Positions 1 to 10,098 are shown, counted from the first letter of the stretch. The stretch: DNA of 64,000 nucleotides from Endomicrobiales bacterium (GCA_963794945.1 CAWCFT010000004.1:192001-256000); one strand, 5' to 3'. Notes: generated by a model from the letters alone, not told the origin. Numbers and translations are program-made.

Positions 1-2399
1 GAGTAACCCCACACCATGAGAGCACGGCTCCAGCCGATCGGCGGTATGAACAAGCCGTAAACGGCTATCAACGTTGCCGCGATCTGCGTGCCGAACACCG
101 CGAACAGAAGGATCGGCGCGGGGCGGATTGACCAGAACGGCCCGCGCGTGCGTGTTTGGAATATCTTGAAATGCCCCGACACGGACAGTTTCAAGTACAT
201 TAGCGTCTGAATGAGCGCGCGGTCGAGATGGAAGACCCGCTCACCAAGATAGAACAGGCCGAACGAATCCAAAACTCCGATTGTGCCGATCACTGAGGCG
301 ATACCCAGAACCAGCCGCATGTTCCATGCCTCGGGCTTGTTCGAGTAGTGGACGTTGTCATAGGCGATGGCCAGTATCGCGCCGTCGTTAAGCAGCGCGA
401 GCATGACGATCATGACCGCGGTCACCGGGTAAAAGTTAAATATTAGTATCGATAGTGTCATGAGCAGCAGCACGCTAAGCGTCTCGGTAATGCGGTAGAT
501 CGCGTAGCTCTGCATCCGCTGGAAGATCCTGCGGCTCTCTTTGATGGCGTCAATTATCACCGACAGGCCGGGCATCATCAGCACGATGGATGCCGCCGCG
601 CGCGCAGCGTCCGTCGCGCCGGAAACGGCTATGCCGCAGTCGGCTTTCTTAAGCGCGGGCGCGTCATTGACCCCGTCGCCGGTCATGCCGACCATGTGCC
701 CGAGTTTTTGCAGTATGTCAACTATGTGGAACTTGTGTTCGGGGAACACCTGCGCGAAACCGTCGGCCTTCTCGATGGACTCGGACATCGCGCGGTTTCC
801 TGCCGTTTCGCGTCGCCGAGGCCCGCGGCATCAAGAATGTTAGTGCCCATGCCGAGTTTCTTTGCGGTTTCCAGGGCGATAGCCAGCTGGTCGCCTGTAA
901 CCATCTTGATCTTTACTCCCATCTGAAGCGCCGTCGCTATGGTTGCCGGCGTCTTCACGCGGCGGGTCGAACAGCGGCAGCACGCCGATAAACCGCCATT
1001 GCCCGTCGCCTTCGGCCCGTGCCACCCCCAATGAACGAAAACCCCGACCCGCGAATTCGTTGACCGCTTTGTCTACGACATTCTTAACCTGCCCCGCATC
1101 AGCCGATAGCTCCAGGATCACCTGCGGCGCGCCCTTGGTTACCTTGAACGTCGTTCCATCCGCGGCTTTGACAGAAGCTTCGGTGCGTTTATGCACCGCG
1201 TCGAACGGCTGAAAATGCAACACCTGATAACCCTTCAGTATGTCTTTATTTTTCAGCCCTGCCAGCACCGCCAGGTCTATGGTGTCGTTATCGTCTTCAC
1301 GCGACGCAAGGGAAGCATTTAAAATAACTTGCTCGGGCGGGACATTGTTCACGCTGAACGGTTCGCCAAGCGTCAGCTTGTTCTGGGTTAGGGTGCCCGT
1401 CTTGTCCGCGCACAATATATCCACCCCGGCCAACTCCTCTATGGCAACCAGCCGGCTCACGACCGCCTCTTTTTTGGCAAGCAGACGCGCGCCGACCGCC
1501 ATGGTCACAGACAGCACCGTGGGCATGGAGACGGGGATAGCGGCAACGGTCAGCACCAGCGCGAATTGCAAAGTGGTAAGGATAGGCTCACCGCGGTGGA
1601 TGGCGAAAGCGACGATAACTGCCACCAGGGCCGAGGCGAGGATTATAAGGTAATTGCCGATCTTCAAAACCGCTTTCTGGAAGTGGCTGACTGTGTGCGC
1701 CTCCTGCACCAGCTGGGCCGTCTTGCCGAAGAATGTCTTGACTCCCGTGGCATAGACCATCGCGTCGATCTCACCCTGGCGAATTATAGAACCGCAAAAC
1801 ACGGCCTCGCCCGGTTTGCGCGTGGCGGGCAGGGACTCCCCTGTCAAGGCGGACTGATCCACTTCCACAGGGTCGCCGGGAAACAGCCGCGCGTCCGCGG
1901 GAACGATGTCGCCCAGCCGCAGGCGTATGACGTCGCCCGGCACAAGCTCGCGCGCCGGCGGATTAACCCACTTTCCGTCCCGCAGCACCCGGGCCTTTAC
2001 CGACATCTTAGCTTTCAACGCGGCGATCGCGTTGCCAGCCTCGTGTTCTTCCCAGAACCCTACTGTGGCATTGGCCAAAAGCAGGAGCAGAATAATGACA
2101 AAGTCCGGCCAATGGCGGGCTAACGCGGAAAGGATCACGGCCGCCTCTATCATCCAAGGTATAGGCCCCCAAAAATAGGTAAGGAATTTCAGGAAAGGAT
2201 TGGTTTTCTTTTCTTCGATCTCGTTGGGCCCGTATTGAATGAGGCGTTTCTGAACCTCGGCCCGGCTTAAGCCTTCCGGCGACGACCCCAATTTTGCCTG
2301 CAGTTCCGGCATGGGAAGGGTTTTTAGGTCATCCTTTGTATCAGTTTTTAAACCCTGTTTCGGTTCTGAAGCCTTGGACGGTCCATTATCGGTTTTCAT
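1..2399 (-). CDS. Plasma-membrane-type (P3A) H+-transporting P-type ATPase. Split by frameshifts near 790-960; 3' end runs off the window
   Basis: ORF 840..2399 has FWGPIPWMIE, DQSALTGES, DKTGTLT and KGAPQVIL. Following frames give KMVTGDQLAIA, MTGDGVNDAPALKKAD and the C-terminal TM helices down to position 1. Confidence 0.92.
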
Positions 2400-2453
2400 T
2401 GCGGTATTCTCCGTATCGCTATATTCGTAAATTCTTCGGTGTACTGCACAAAA

Positions 2454-3572
2454 TTACAGCTTATAGTCTATACCGAAAAACAGCGGCCATTGCCCCAGAG
2501 GCTGGTTCCAATCATAATTCGAGCCCACGATCAGGCCAAAACTCCCGGCTGATTTGTCTTTCCATTCGTTTGTATAAGGGGCAAACCTTAACCCTATAAT
2601 ATCGCTGGACGACTGCTGGAGATTTACTCCCAGTACGAGCGCGAGCCACCGGTTCCATTTCCAATCATCATTATTAGTGGCAAGGGCGCTCCAGTGAAAC
2701 GTGAAAAATTTATCCCAGCGCACTTGCGTGAGCAGTTGTGATGCGTAAAGATGAAAGTATACATACGCGTTCAGGCCGGAGCCATTCAAGGCACCCACGC
2801 CGAGGCCGAGGCCGAACATCGACAGGGCAATATTCGCAAAATGATACTCATAACCCGTCACATCCTCATCTTGAGGAAGTAAGCTGACCCTATATATAGA
2901 ATCCTTTTCCAGGTCTATCTTGTATGTGTAAAGATAAAGGTCATTCTTCCCCTTCGCCTCGTATTTGAAAGGCGCCGGGCTCAGGTAACGCTTGACCGGG
3001 GCTTCGTTTATAGAAATGGTCTGCTGGGCCGGAAGGATGTTCCCCGTGGGTTTTTGAGTAATCACCGAAGCGATAACATCCGCGAAGCCTCCGCTCTGCT
3101 GATAAGCCAACCCTTCGCAGGCGACATACGTTGTTGTGTCGTCATATTTTTCGTATCGGCCGCTAAACGCAAAGGTGGAGAAAATAAGGACCCAGAGGTT
3201 GGATTCATTAGACAGCACCCGCACAGGTTTATCGTTGAGATTGATCACCACGGCCGGCGCCCCGGTTATTGAGGCGTAAGCAACGACCAGGTCCGGGAAA
3301 TAAGGGTTGCGCGTGCTCCCATAATACGCATTCAGCAGATCTCCGCCTGCCATCTGTTTAGCTGTTTTATTGCAGGCGCCGGTAGACACAAAAGTGTTAA
3401 AAGCGTCTATAACTTTTGCGCTTTGTGTTAAATCCCGGCCAAAATTGGTTTTAGGCCCTCCCCCGTTCAATAAGGGGTGTACCGCCCCGCATCCCGTCAG
3501 AATTGCGGTTAACGGCGTACAAATTAACAATATATAGAAGACGCGAACAGGTTTTAAAAACTGTAGTAACAT
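2454..3572 (-). CDS. Hypothetical lipoprotein with a beta-rich, OMP-like C-terminus
   Basis: 372-aa ORF; hydrophobic N-terminus with lipobox-like ILTGC; C-terminal alternating pattern FFGIDYKL. Start uncertain. Confidence 0.6.
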   Translation of the reverse strand: MLLQFLKPVRVFYILLICTPLTAILTGCGAVHPLLNGGGPKTNFGRDLTQSAKVIDAFNTFVSTGACNKTAKQMAGGDLLNAYYGSTRNPYFPDLVVAYASITGAPAVVINLNDKPVRVLSNESNLWVLIFSTFAFSGRYEKYDDTTTYVACEGLAYQQSGGFADVIASVITQKPTGNILPAQQTISINEAPVKRYLSPAPFKYEAKGKNDLYLYTYKIDLEKDSIYRVSLLPQDEDVTGYEYHFANIALSMFGLGLGVGALNGSGLNAYVYFHLYASQLLTQVRWDKFFTFHWSALATNNDDWKWNRWLALVLGVNLQQSSSDIIGLRFAPYTNEWKDKSAGSFGLIVGSNYDWNQPLGQWPLFFGIDYKL

Positions 3573-3694
3573 AAAAGTGAAATATTTTCCCCGGAGATCA
3601 CCGGGAAAAACATAGATTCTATCTTCTTACCCGTATAATATCCCAAAGCCGCTGCGGGCAGGATATCTGAGGCCCAGTGTTCATTCGGCCCCAT
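3554..3694 (-). pseudogene. C-terminal remnant of a PAP2-family phosphatase
   Basis: Hand translation gives MGPNEHWASDILPAAALGYYTGKK...CYYSF*, containing the PAP2 motif-3 pattern H-W-x-S-D-(x)n-L-G with no upstream domain. Confidence 0.55.
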
Positions 3695-3731
3695 TATTTG
3701 ACGATTTTTTGTTCAAACAGGCCGGCATTTG

Positions 3732-4583
3732 TTAAAAAACAATACCGAAACTTAGGTTTAAAGTAGAATACCGCACATCAGCCGAATTGCTGAAAGAATC
3801 GTAATTTCCGGTTGCGTTGTTTAAAATCAAACCCGACTGGCTGATGCTCCCGTAATTTACCGTATACAAAAGTTCTACCTGTAAAAAATTAAATACCATG
3901 CCCCCGCCTGCGGCCCAATACAGCCCTCCGCCAAAGGAAGCGTTGTCCCCCGCGAAATTATTGTCTGCCGAGAACGTATTTCCGCCCAGATGCGCGGTTA
4001 AATATTTATAATAGTACCTTTCGTCGGGAATTGTCCTTACCCTTATCAAAACGTAAAGCGGAGCGAAACTAAAATATCCGTCTTGACTTGTCTGCTTGCG
4101 CGGTAATTGTTCGGTTAACCCTATGCCAAGCCCCACTTGATTGGTGACATAACCCAGGTATTCAGTAGTCAGCGTCAAGGCGCTGGTAGTATCGCTGGCG
4201 CCTGACAACAGTGTCGTGCCGAAGTTACCCTGATAATAGCTTCCGTTATATATATCTAACTGCCCGCCAAAATCCGACCCAAGCTTGAATATAAGTTCCG
4301 CCTGCTTCAGCCGGCGCTCACTTCTGTAACCCCGGGTTGAGCCGTCCCCTCCGCCGTAGCGCGAACGGGAAAACTCTATCCTGTTTATCTGTCCCGCTTC
4401 AATTGTTTCCTGCCCAGAGTTCGTTTCAATTATGACCGTTTCGTTGTTCTGAGAGATCACTCTGCCTCTTAAAGCCTGCCCGTCATTGAGATATATTATA
4501 TCGGCAAACAAAGAGCCCATAGCCGCCGTAACCATTATCAATGACAGTATTGTGTTACGTATTGACCATATCATCTTTTTCAT
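3732..4583 (-). CDS. Secreted/outer-membrane beta-barrel protein with a small N-terminal beta domain
   Basis: Signal peptide (SLFA-D), DIIYLNDGQALRGRVI N-domain, amphipathic strands, C-terminal Phe (LSFGIVF); SD AAGGAG. Confidence 0.7.
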   Translation of the reverse strand: MKKMIWSIRNTILSLIMVTAAMGSLFADIIYLNDGQALRGRVISQNNETVIIETNSGQETIEAGQINRIEFSRSRYGGGDGSTRGYRSERRLKQAELIFKLGSDFGGQLDIYNGSYYQGNFGTTLLSGASDTTSALTLTTEYLGYVTNQVGLGIGLTEQLPRKQTSQDGYFSFAPLYVLIRVRTIPDERYYYKYLTAHLGGNTFSADNNFAGDNASFGGGLYWAAGGGMVFNFLQVELLYTVNYGSISQSGLILNNATGNYDSFSNSADVRYSTLNLSFGIVF

Positions 4584-4828
4584 GGATAACTCCTTTTTCT
4601 AACACAAAGTATTGTTTACCGTTGTCTTCAACGAAGAGGATCCTGTCAGCTCCATTGACTTCGCCACACTTCTCTTTTTCTGTATGATAATTAGTGGATA
4701 TTTCATTGTTCATTTAGCATCATAACACTTATATTTTGGTTATTTGATGCCATTTTGCCACCTTATACTGACTTGTTTCCGGCAATTCTGCCAGGCTGCC
4801 TGGAATACAGTTCTTGGGTTAAACTGGA

Positions 4829-4862
4829 ACAGGTCAATTGCGCCTGGGCACAATTGACCTGT
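4829..4862. repeat. Isolated 34-bp palindrome
   Basis: ACAGGTCAATTGCGCC-TG-GGCACAATTGACCTGT. Confidence 0.7.
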
Positions 4863-4962
4863 AACTACCGTGCTTGCTAAAGATAGGTGTCTTGAATTAA
4901 GTCATTAAGATTAGCTGGTGGGAATTGAAGGCGGGACAAATTTTAGTTGCAAAATGTTTGTA

Positions 4963-5631
4963 TCAATTGTGCGACGGCCAGCCGAACGTCTGTGCGAAAA
5001 GAGCGCGCTGGCTGGGCCTGAGGCCGAGCTTCTCCGCGAGCGCGTCCCTCTGGCAGTTATGGAACCACGCCGTCATGCCTTCCGACGCGGCATAAACCGA
5101 GGCGTTGCCCGCGATGAGGCCGGTGTCAGCGTAGTAATAAGCTTTCTGGGTCTCCGGGTCGTAAAGCCCCGGCTCCTGGAACCCGGCCTTCTTAAATTTG
5201 TCGATGTCAACGACGTAAATGATACGCACCGGAGCGTTAGCTCCTGCTCCGCCCTGTCCGCGGCCTATGGCCAACGCGCGCAGGTCGCCTTCCACAATAG
5301 GCTCGAGGCTGTGAGAAATTGCCTCATAGAGGTAAACCCCTTCGGGCAAGGCCACATAGAGGCCTATCTCCTGCGAGTTGCTGGCGGAGGCAGCCGTCCT
5401 GCCCGCTGTGCCGAACGGGCCGTTCTTCCTGTTTATCCCGAACGCCGACCACAGGAGGTTTGAAAGAACCTGTAAAGGTATCTTTCTGGCGCTGATCTCG
5501 CGGGCAGTGCTTCTTTTACGAAGCGCAGCCATAACGGTTTTGCGGCCTTCGTCCTTAGGCTTCGGAAGTTTTATCGCTTGAAGGTTGGAGATGTCCACCT
5601 TTGTGTTTTTGATAGAAGTTTTTCGGTTCAT
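4963..5631 (-). CDS. Nitroreductase family (SagB/ThcOx-like) oxidoreductase
   Basis: IKLPKP...ALRKRSTAREIS, LSNLLWSAFGINR, RTAASASNSQEI, ADTGLIAGN motifs. Confidence 0.88.
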   Translation of the reverse strand: MNRKTSIKNTKVDISNLQAIKLPKPKDEGRKTVMAALRKRSTAREISARKIPLQVLSNLLWSAFGINRKNGPFGTAGRTAASASNSQEIGLYVALPEGVYLYEAISHSLEPIVEGDLRALAIGRGQGGAGANAPVRIIYVVDIDKFKKAGFQEPGLYDPETQKAYYYADTGLIAGNASVYAASEGMTAWFHNCQRDALAEKLGLRPSQRALFAQTFGWPSHN

Positions 5632-5701
5632 TTGACACCCCTGCCGTAATAGTCCTCCAAATAGTTTTACTAATTTTGGAATAATTGGTCAATCCTTAAA
5701 C

Positions 5702-5859
5702 AGACTGTTTCGCAACTACTTGAAATACCCTTTTTTGTCATTTCGATCCCGCTTGGGCGGGAGAGAAATCTTTATTTCGTCAAACATCAAGATCTCTCGC
5801 GGAGTCCATCCGCCTTCGGCGGGCTCGAGATGACAACATAAGAGTTATGACACAGTTCT
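5702..5859. mobile_element. MITE-like unit: imperfect TIRs around a TGTCATTTCG...CGAGATGACA palindromic core (5736-5835)
   Basis: Left end AGACTGTTTCGCAACT, right end AGTTATGACACAGTTCT; core homologous to 7793-7884 and 9973-10063. Confidence 0.7.
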
Positions 5860-5902
5860 CTTGAGCCGGAGAGGTCGCCGCTGGCTGCTGTCCGGATCAG
5901 GC

Positions 5903-5955
5903 AAAAAAAATCTCCGGAGCTGAGAGAGAGAGGTCACACGAGTGCTCCGGAGATT
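5903..5955 (-). terminator. Probable intrinsic terminator of the 6342 gene
   Basis: AATCTCCGGAGC...GCTCCGGAGATT stem preceded on + by an A8 run (U-tract on -); the loop is long. Confidence 0.55.
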
Positions 5956-5984
5956 AATATATATATTTAGATTATGCCGTCAAA

Positions 5985-6342
5985 TTACTTTTTGGTTTTA
6001 CCTTCCTGCGGCGCGGGCATGGCGGCTGGAGCGCCCATCTGGCATTTTTCATCCATCGTTCCCATTTTCACTGTGCCGGCACATCGGGCAGCCCATCTGG
6101 CCGTGCATAAAAGCCGTGGGGTGCATCCCCATTTCTCCCTGCATGCGATGACATTTGAAATGGTGCCTCATCGCAACACCTGAAACTAAAGCCAGCCCCG
6201 CGAAAACAAAAATGATTATCGCAAGTATCTTGCCGAACTTGGACACACCGGCGTCAACGCCGTTCTGTCCCGCTGTCCACAAAGCTAAATAACCCATGAA
6301 AACCAATACAACTGCTGCTACGACCGGCATCATAATACACAT
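5985..6342 (-). CDS. Small 2-TM membrane protein with a Met/His/Cys-rich tail; probable frameshift near 6075
   Basis: ORF 6049..6342. An alternative frame continues VKMGTMDEKCQMGAPAAMPAPQEGKTKK* to 5985. Confidence 0.65.
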
Positions 6343-6406
6343 TTTGCTCTCCTTTGCTCCGCGCTGCCGTTTGACCGGCGCCTCGCGCGTTTTTTCCAGC
6401 TAACAA

Positions 6407-6435
6407 TTAGACACCCTGTCCCTTCAAATAGTTCC
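6407..6435 (-). promoter_or_regulatory. ECF sigma-type promoter
   Basis: GGAACT-N17-GTCTAA on the minus strand, 65 bp upstream of the 6342 ATG. Confidence 0.65.
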
Positions 6436-6470
6436 AGCCGCGGAAAAATATTTAGTTTGTACAAAACAGA

Positions 6471-6504
6471 AGAAGCTCCGGGCGCGTAAGCGCCGGGAGC
6501 TTCT
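6471..6504 (-). terminator. Terminator-like hairpin downstream of uppP
   Basis: AGAAGCTCC-G-GGCGC-GTAA-GCGCC-G-GGAGCTTCT, followed on - by TCTGTTTTGT. Confidence 0.65.
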
Positions 6505-6522
6505 CCTTAAAAAGTTTAATTT

Positions 6523-6662
6523 GAGATTATTGAAAAACACCAATAATCTCTGATTACAGTGATCCAAAAAAGAAGATTACGGTGATTTAAAGCTTTTAAT
6601 CGCCGTAATCGCAGTTGTTAATCATCGTAATCAAGGCCGTTGAGGACTTTTTCAACGGTCTC
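6523..6662. mobile_element. MITE-like element with hairpin ends, a GATTAC/GTAATC inverted core and a 5-bp flanking direct repeat AATTT
   Basis: AATTT|GAGATTATTGAAAAA...TTTTTCAACGGTCTC|AATTT; homologous to 47266-47430. Confidence 0.7.
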
Positions 6663-6671
6663 AATTTAGTT

Positions 6672-7446
6672 TTATCTGAGGTAATAAACTGCCAATACGG
6701 CTGCGCCCATAGCCAGCCTGTACCAAACGAAGATATAGAGCGTGTGCTGCTGAAGGTAGCGTAGAAGGTACTTTATCGCGAGAAAGCCGACTATGGCCGA
6801 CAGGAGTATCCCGACCGCGAACGGCTGTACGTTCTGATTTAGGAAGTCCGTGGTGGACTATGTGCATGAGCTTAAGAAGCCCCGCCCCGGCCGTTATCGG
6901 CGTCGCGAGCAGAAAAGAGAACTTCGCCGCCGACTCCCGCTTGAACCCGGAAGCCACGCCCGCCGTCATGGTTATGCCGGAACGCGACACCCCCGGCATA
7001 AGCGCCAGCACCTGCGCGCATCCTATAAAGAGCGATTTGCCCCAGGTCATCGAGTCCATATCCTCGAGCTTCTTTCCGAACTTTTCCGCCAGGCCCATGA
7101 CCGCGCCCATGACCATCATGAACACTCCTATGATTAGCGGCGCGTGGAACACCGTGTCAAAATATTTTTCATACTTGTAGCCGAACACCGCGCCGGGTAT
7201 GCTCGCTATCACTATGAACCAGAGCATCGGTTTGTTCCACTCGGTGAGTATCTTCACCCAGTCGCGCCAGAAGAACGCCAGAAGCGCGGCAAGCGTCCCC
7301 ATATGGAGCGCCACATCGAACGTCGCGCCGGGGTCTTCCCAGCCGGCGAACCACGGTATGATTATAAGGTGGGCTGAACTGCTTACCGGCAGGAACTCGG
7401 AGAGCCCCTGAACTATCCCCAACACCGCCGCATGAAATATTCCCAT
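6672..7446 (-). CDS. uppP: Undecaprenyl-diphosphate phosphatase (BacA), frameshift near 6820
   Basis: GIVQGLSEFLPVSSSAH, DVALHMGT and PGVSRSGIT motifs. The C-terminus (AIVGFLAIKYLL...FVWYR) lies in another frame. Confidence 0.95.
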
Positions 7447-7523
7447 GTTAAACTCCTTAGATGAACTTCCGCACAGCAAGCAGCGCGGTATCAAATATTA
7501 AAATCTTATCTCAACTCGTACGT

Positions 7524-7668
7524 TCCTCTCCCTTCACGGGAGAGGATTGAGGTGAGGGTGCGCCTTGATAGATCCTGTCTACTTAGCCCCCTCATCCTAA
7601 CCTTCTTCCTTTTCGGGGCCTGCTTTTTGCCCCTCAAGGCCCAAAATCTTGCCCACCAGGGGAGAAGA
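7524..7668. repeat. CCTCTCCC/GGGAGAGG-type paired palindromic element
   Basis: TCCTCTCCC-TTCAC-GGGAGAGGA-TTGAGGTGAGGG ... CCCCTCATCCTAACCTTCT...GGGGAGAAG; relatives at 10844-10941 and 19881-19914. Confidence 0.6.
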
Positions 7669-7792
7669 TAAATTCGGTAACCCCGCCGTCCCGGGGGAAT
7701 ACTCAAGTTTAGTATGAGTAAAATACACAAAGCATAATACTATATATTTTGCCGTGAGACAATATGTCACAGCGCGCGGAACAACGGTTATT

Positions 7793-7884
7793 TGTCATTT
7801 CGATCCCGCCGCGTCGGGAGAGAAATCTTTCCTTACGAAGATCTCTCGCGGAGTCTATCCGCCTTCGGCGGGCTCGAGATGACA
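7793..7884. repeat. TGTCATTTCG...CGAGATGACA palindromic repeat (no outer TIRs)
   Basis: Arms nearly identical to 5736-5835, including the nested TCCGCCTTCGGCGG. Confidence 0.85.
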
Positions 7885-7900
7885 GGCGCACGGACCGGCA

Positions 7901-8521
7901 CTATATTAGATACCCTTTCAACAGATAGAACAGCATCTTTTGGTATTCCATATCGACGGCCCAGAAGCCTGGTTTGACCTTCCACCAGGCGTTTGGCCTG
8001 TACCAGCTTTTCTGCACCGGGTATATCATTATCTTTATACCCGAGCCCCTGTAGACCTTGTTGAAAATAAAGTGCGCGCGCTTCAAGTGGTATGGCTCGC
8101 TGACCACGATGAGCGACCTGAAATGTTTTTCGATACATATAGTTTTCGACAGAGTGGCGTCGCTGCGCGTGCTGTCCGAGTTATATATAGGTATCATCTT
8201 GTCTTTGTCGAGCCCCTTGGAAACTGCGAGCTTCGAGGCCTCGTCCGCCCAGTGTGTGGGCGCTCCGTAGACCGGCATGTGGTACTCGCCCGTGAACATC
8301 ATCCAGCTCGCGTACTTGTTTTTTGCGAGCTCGATCCCCTGCGTGACCCGCTCCCTTTCGCCGCCCCCAAGCACCAGTATCGCGTCCGCCGGCTCTATCT
8401 TGTCCTGGTACACAAGGAACGCCCCGGCCTGCGTCATCCAGAAATGGCGGAACAACATAAACTGGAGAACTATCAAAAGAAATACAGCTAATAATTTGTG
8501 CCGTTTCATATTTGCCCCCAT
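7901..8521 (-). CDS. YdcF/ElyC/SanA (DUF218) family protein
   Basis: ADAILVLGGG, ERVTQGIEL, STRSDA, LIVVSEPYHLKRA; N-terminal TM. Confidence 0.88.
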   Translation of the reverse strand: MGANMKRHKLLAVFLLIVLQFMLFRHFWMTQAGAFLVYQDKIEPADAILVLGGGERERVTQGIELAKNKYASWMMFTGEYHMPVYGAPTHWADEASKLAVSKGLDKDKMIPIYNSDSTRSDATLSKTICIEKHFRSLIVVSEPYHLKRAHFIFNKVYRGSGIKIMIYPVQKSWYRPNAWWKVKPGFWAVDMEYQKMLFYLLKGYLI

Positions 8522-8580
8522 GAATGTTCAAAATTGAGCCTGATTGCCGCGCACGCCTTTGGCGGGCTCGCAAAGACATT

Positions 8581-9246
8581 TCAAACCCGCGCTTTAACTC
8601 CGGATATCGTCAACCCCATCATATCATTTTTTACTTCGCAGCCGGAAAGTTTTGTGGCGCTCAATATCTTGCTTATCTCGCCGGAGGTGTACGCGGCGCC
8701 CAGTGATGACATAAACCCTTGCCGCATATCCCGCGGACAGAGCGCCAGCATAAGCCACTTCGCGGGCAGGCTGATGTCCCTGCGCAGGTCGCTTACAAAA
8801 TACCTTCCGCCGGTTTTAAGCACGCGGTATATCTCATCGAATATGTTCTCAGGTTTTTCCCACTCGTGCAGAGAGCCCGTAGCGAAAACCACGTCGAACG
8901 AGCCGTCCGGAAAAGGCAAACCGTCCACCGCGTTGTAAATGACATATTTCGCCCTGTCGGATAAACCGTACTCCGCCGCGTTCTTCCCCGCCACAACTAT
9001 CATGGCCGGGCTTATTTCCACGCCTATCAAACTGCTGCTTTTCGTTTTTTTCAGCCACTCAAGGCCGACGTACCCCGGCCCGGGGCCTATCTCAAGAGCG
9101 GCGCCGTAAATTATCCCCGACTTTATTATCGCGTCCGTTTCGATGAGGCGCCTGTCCCTCATTTTTCTTTGGAACTTGTCGTAGGCTTCTACGTCAGGCG
9201 CACGCTGGATGCCGTCCCTGGTTTCCGCGACTCTAGGCCTGGTCAT
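8581..9246 (-). CDS. Class I SAM-dependent methyltransferase
   Basis: LEIGPGPG motif I; LPFPDGSFDVV; EIYRVLKTGG. Confidence 0.9.
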   Translation of the reverse strand: MTRPRVAETRDGIQRAPDVEAYDKFQRKMRDRRLIETDAIIKSGIIYGAALEIGPGPGYVGLEWLKKTKSSSLIGVEISPAMIVVAGKNAAEYGLSDRAKYVIYNAVDGLPFPDGSFDVVFATGSLHEWEKPENIFDEIYRVLKTGGRYFVSDLRRDISLPAKWLMLALCPRDMRQGFMSSLGAAYTSGEISKILSATKLSGCEVKNDMMGLTISGVKARV

Positions 9247-9929
9247 TTGATTTCCTCACTGTGAAAACCTGCGCCGTTCTCGCCGCCCTGTGACTATCGG
9301 CCCACCACGCCCAGGCAACTGTCAACGCCGTGCCAAAAAAACCGCTCAGCGCGAGCGCGCGAACGTTCGGCGGCGGTGCGTTAAAAAGGCTCAATACCCA
9401 CATGGCCGGAAGGAACACCACCAATGACCAAAAACCGTAAAAACCTGCCTTGTCTTTCGCGGCTGTAGCCCGGGTATAATAGTATATCCCAAGAACGTAA
9501 ATGACTCCTTCAAGAGTCAGGCTTGCCATGTAGTTGTTCCAAAGCCCCAGCCCAAATAAAAGTTTTGAGCCCGGCGCGAGCGCGAGGTCAGGCTTGTGCA
9601 CGATGAGGTCCAGCGCCCAGTGGCTGAAAACACACGCAGCTACGACAAGCGAACCCCTGTAATTCCGTCTTAAAGCAAAATAAACCAGCCCGAACACTGC
9701 CGCCCATATCAAAGAGAAAACGAGGCTGTGCGAATACGGAAAATCGTAAAGGTCTAAAGGGTTCACCTTAGTTATGCCCGGTACAACCCGGAAATGCTCT
9801 ATATTAAAGAACACGAGAATATTCCAGAACAACGTCCATGAACAACGCCGCGAACACCAGCGTACCCGCCGACGCCTCCGGCGCCAGCTTCTTCGCCCCG
9901 AACCCCACCGCGTAATGCCCGATGAACAT
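9233..9929 (-). CDS. Integral membrane protein, metal-dependent hydrolase-like; frameshift near 9830
   Basis: Likely true start MFIGHYAVGFGAKK at 9929, joining the frame with PYSHSL and SHWALDLIVHKPDL. Confidence 0.75.
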
Positions 9930-9948
9930 TTTGTTCCTCCGAAATATT

Positions 9949-10098
9949 CAGATTGTATCGCGACTCTCATGTTGTCATCTCGAATCCGCCATAGGCGAAT
10001 GAGAGATCTCGGTTTTGCTTTACAAAAGATTTCTCCCCGCCTCTTCGGCGGATCGAAATGACAAAGAAAGAGATTTTAATCAGTTGTGACACTGCCTG
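9949..10098. mobile_element. Second MITE-like unit of the 5702 family (core 9973-10063, inverted)
   Basis: Left end CAGATTGTATCGCGACT matches 5701 CAGACTGTTTCGCAACT at 14/17; right end AGTTGTGACACTGCCTG. Confidence 0.65.

Noticed and set aside
4560..4713. Short minus-strand ORF MNNEIST... overlapping the OMP start
   Set aside because: About 50 codons, no motif, no clear SD.
4913..4935. GGTGGGAATTGAAG resembling a tRNA T-arm complement or a CRISPR repeat end
   Set aside because: Single copy, no cloverleaf, no spacer-repeat periodicity.
7506..7977. Short ORFs at 7506..7730, 7709..7891 and 7792..7977
   Set aside because: Translations of palindromic repeats (e.g. PPKAD), not credible genes.
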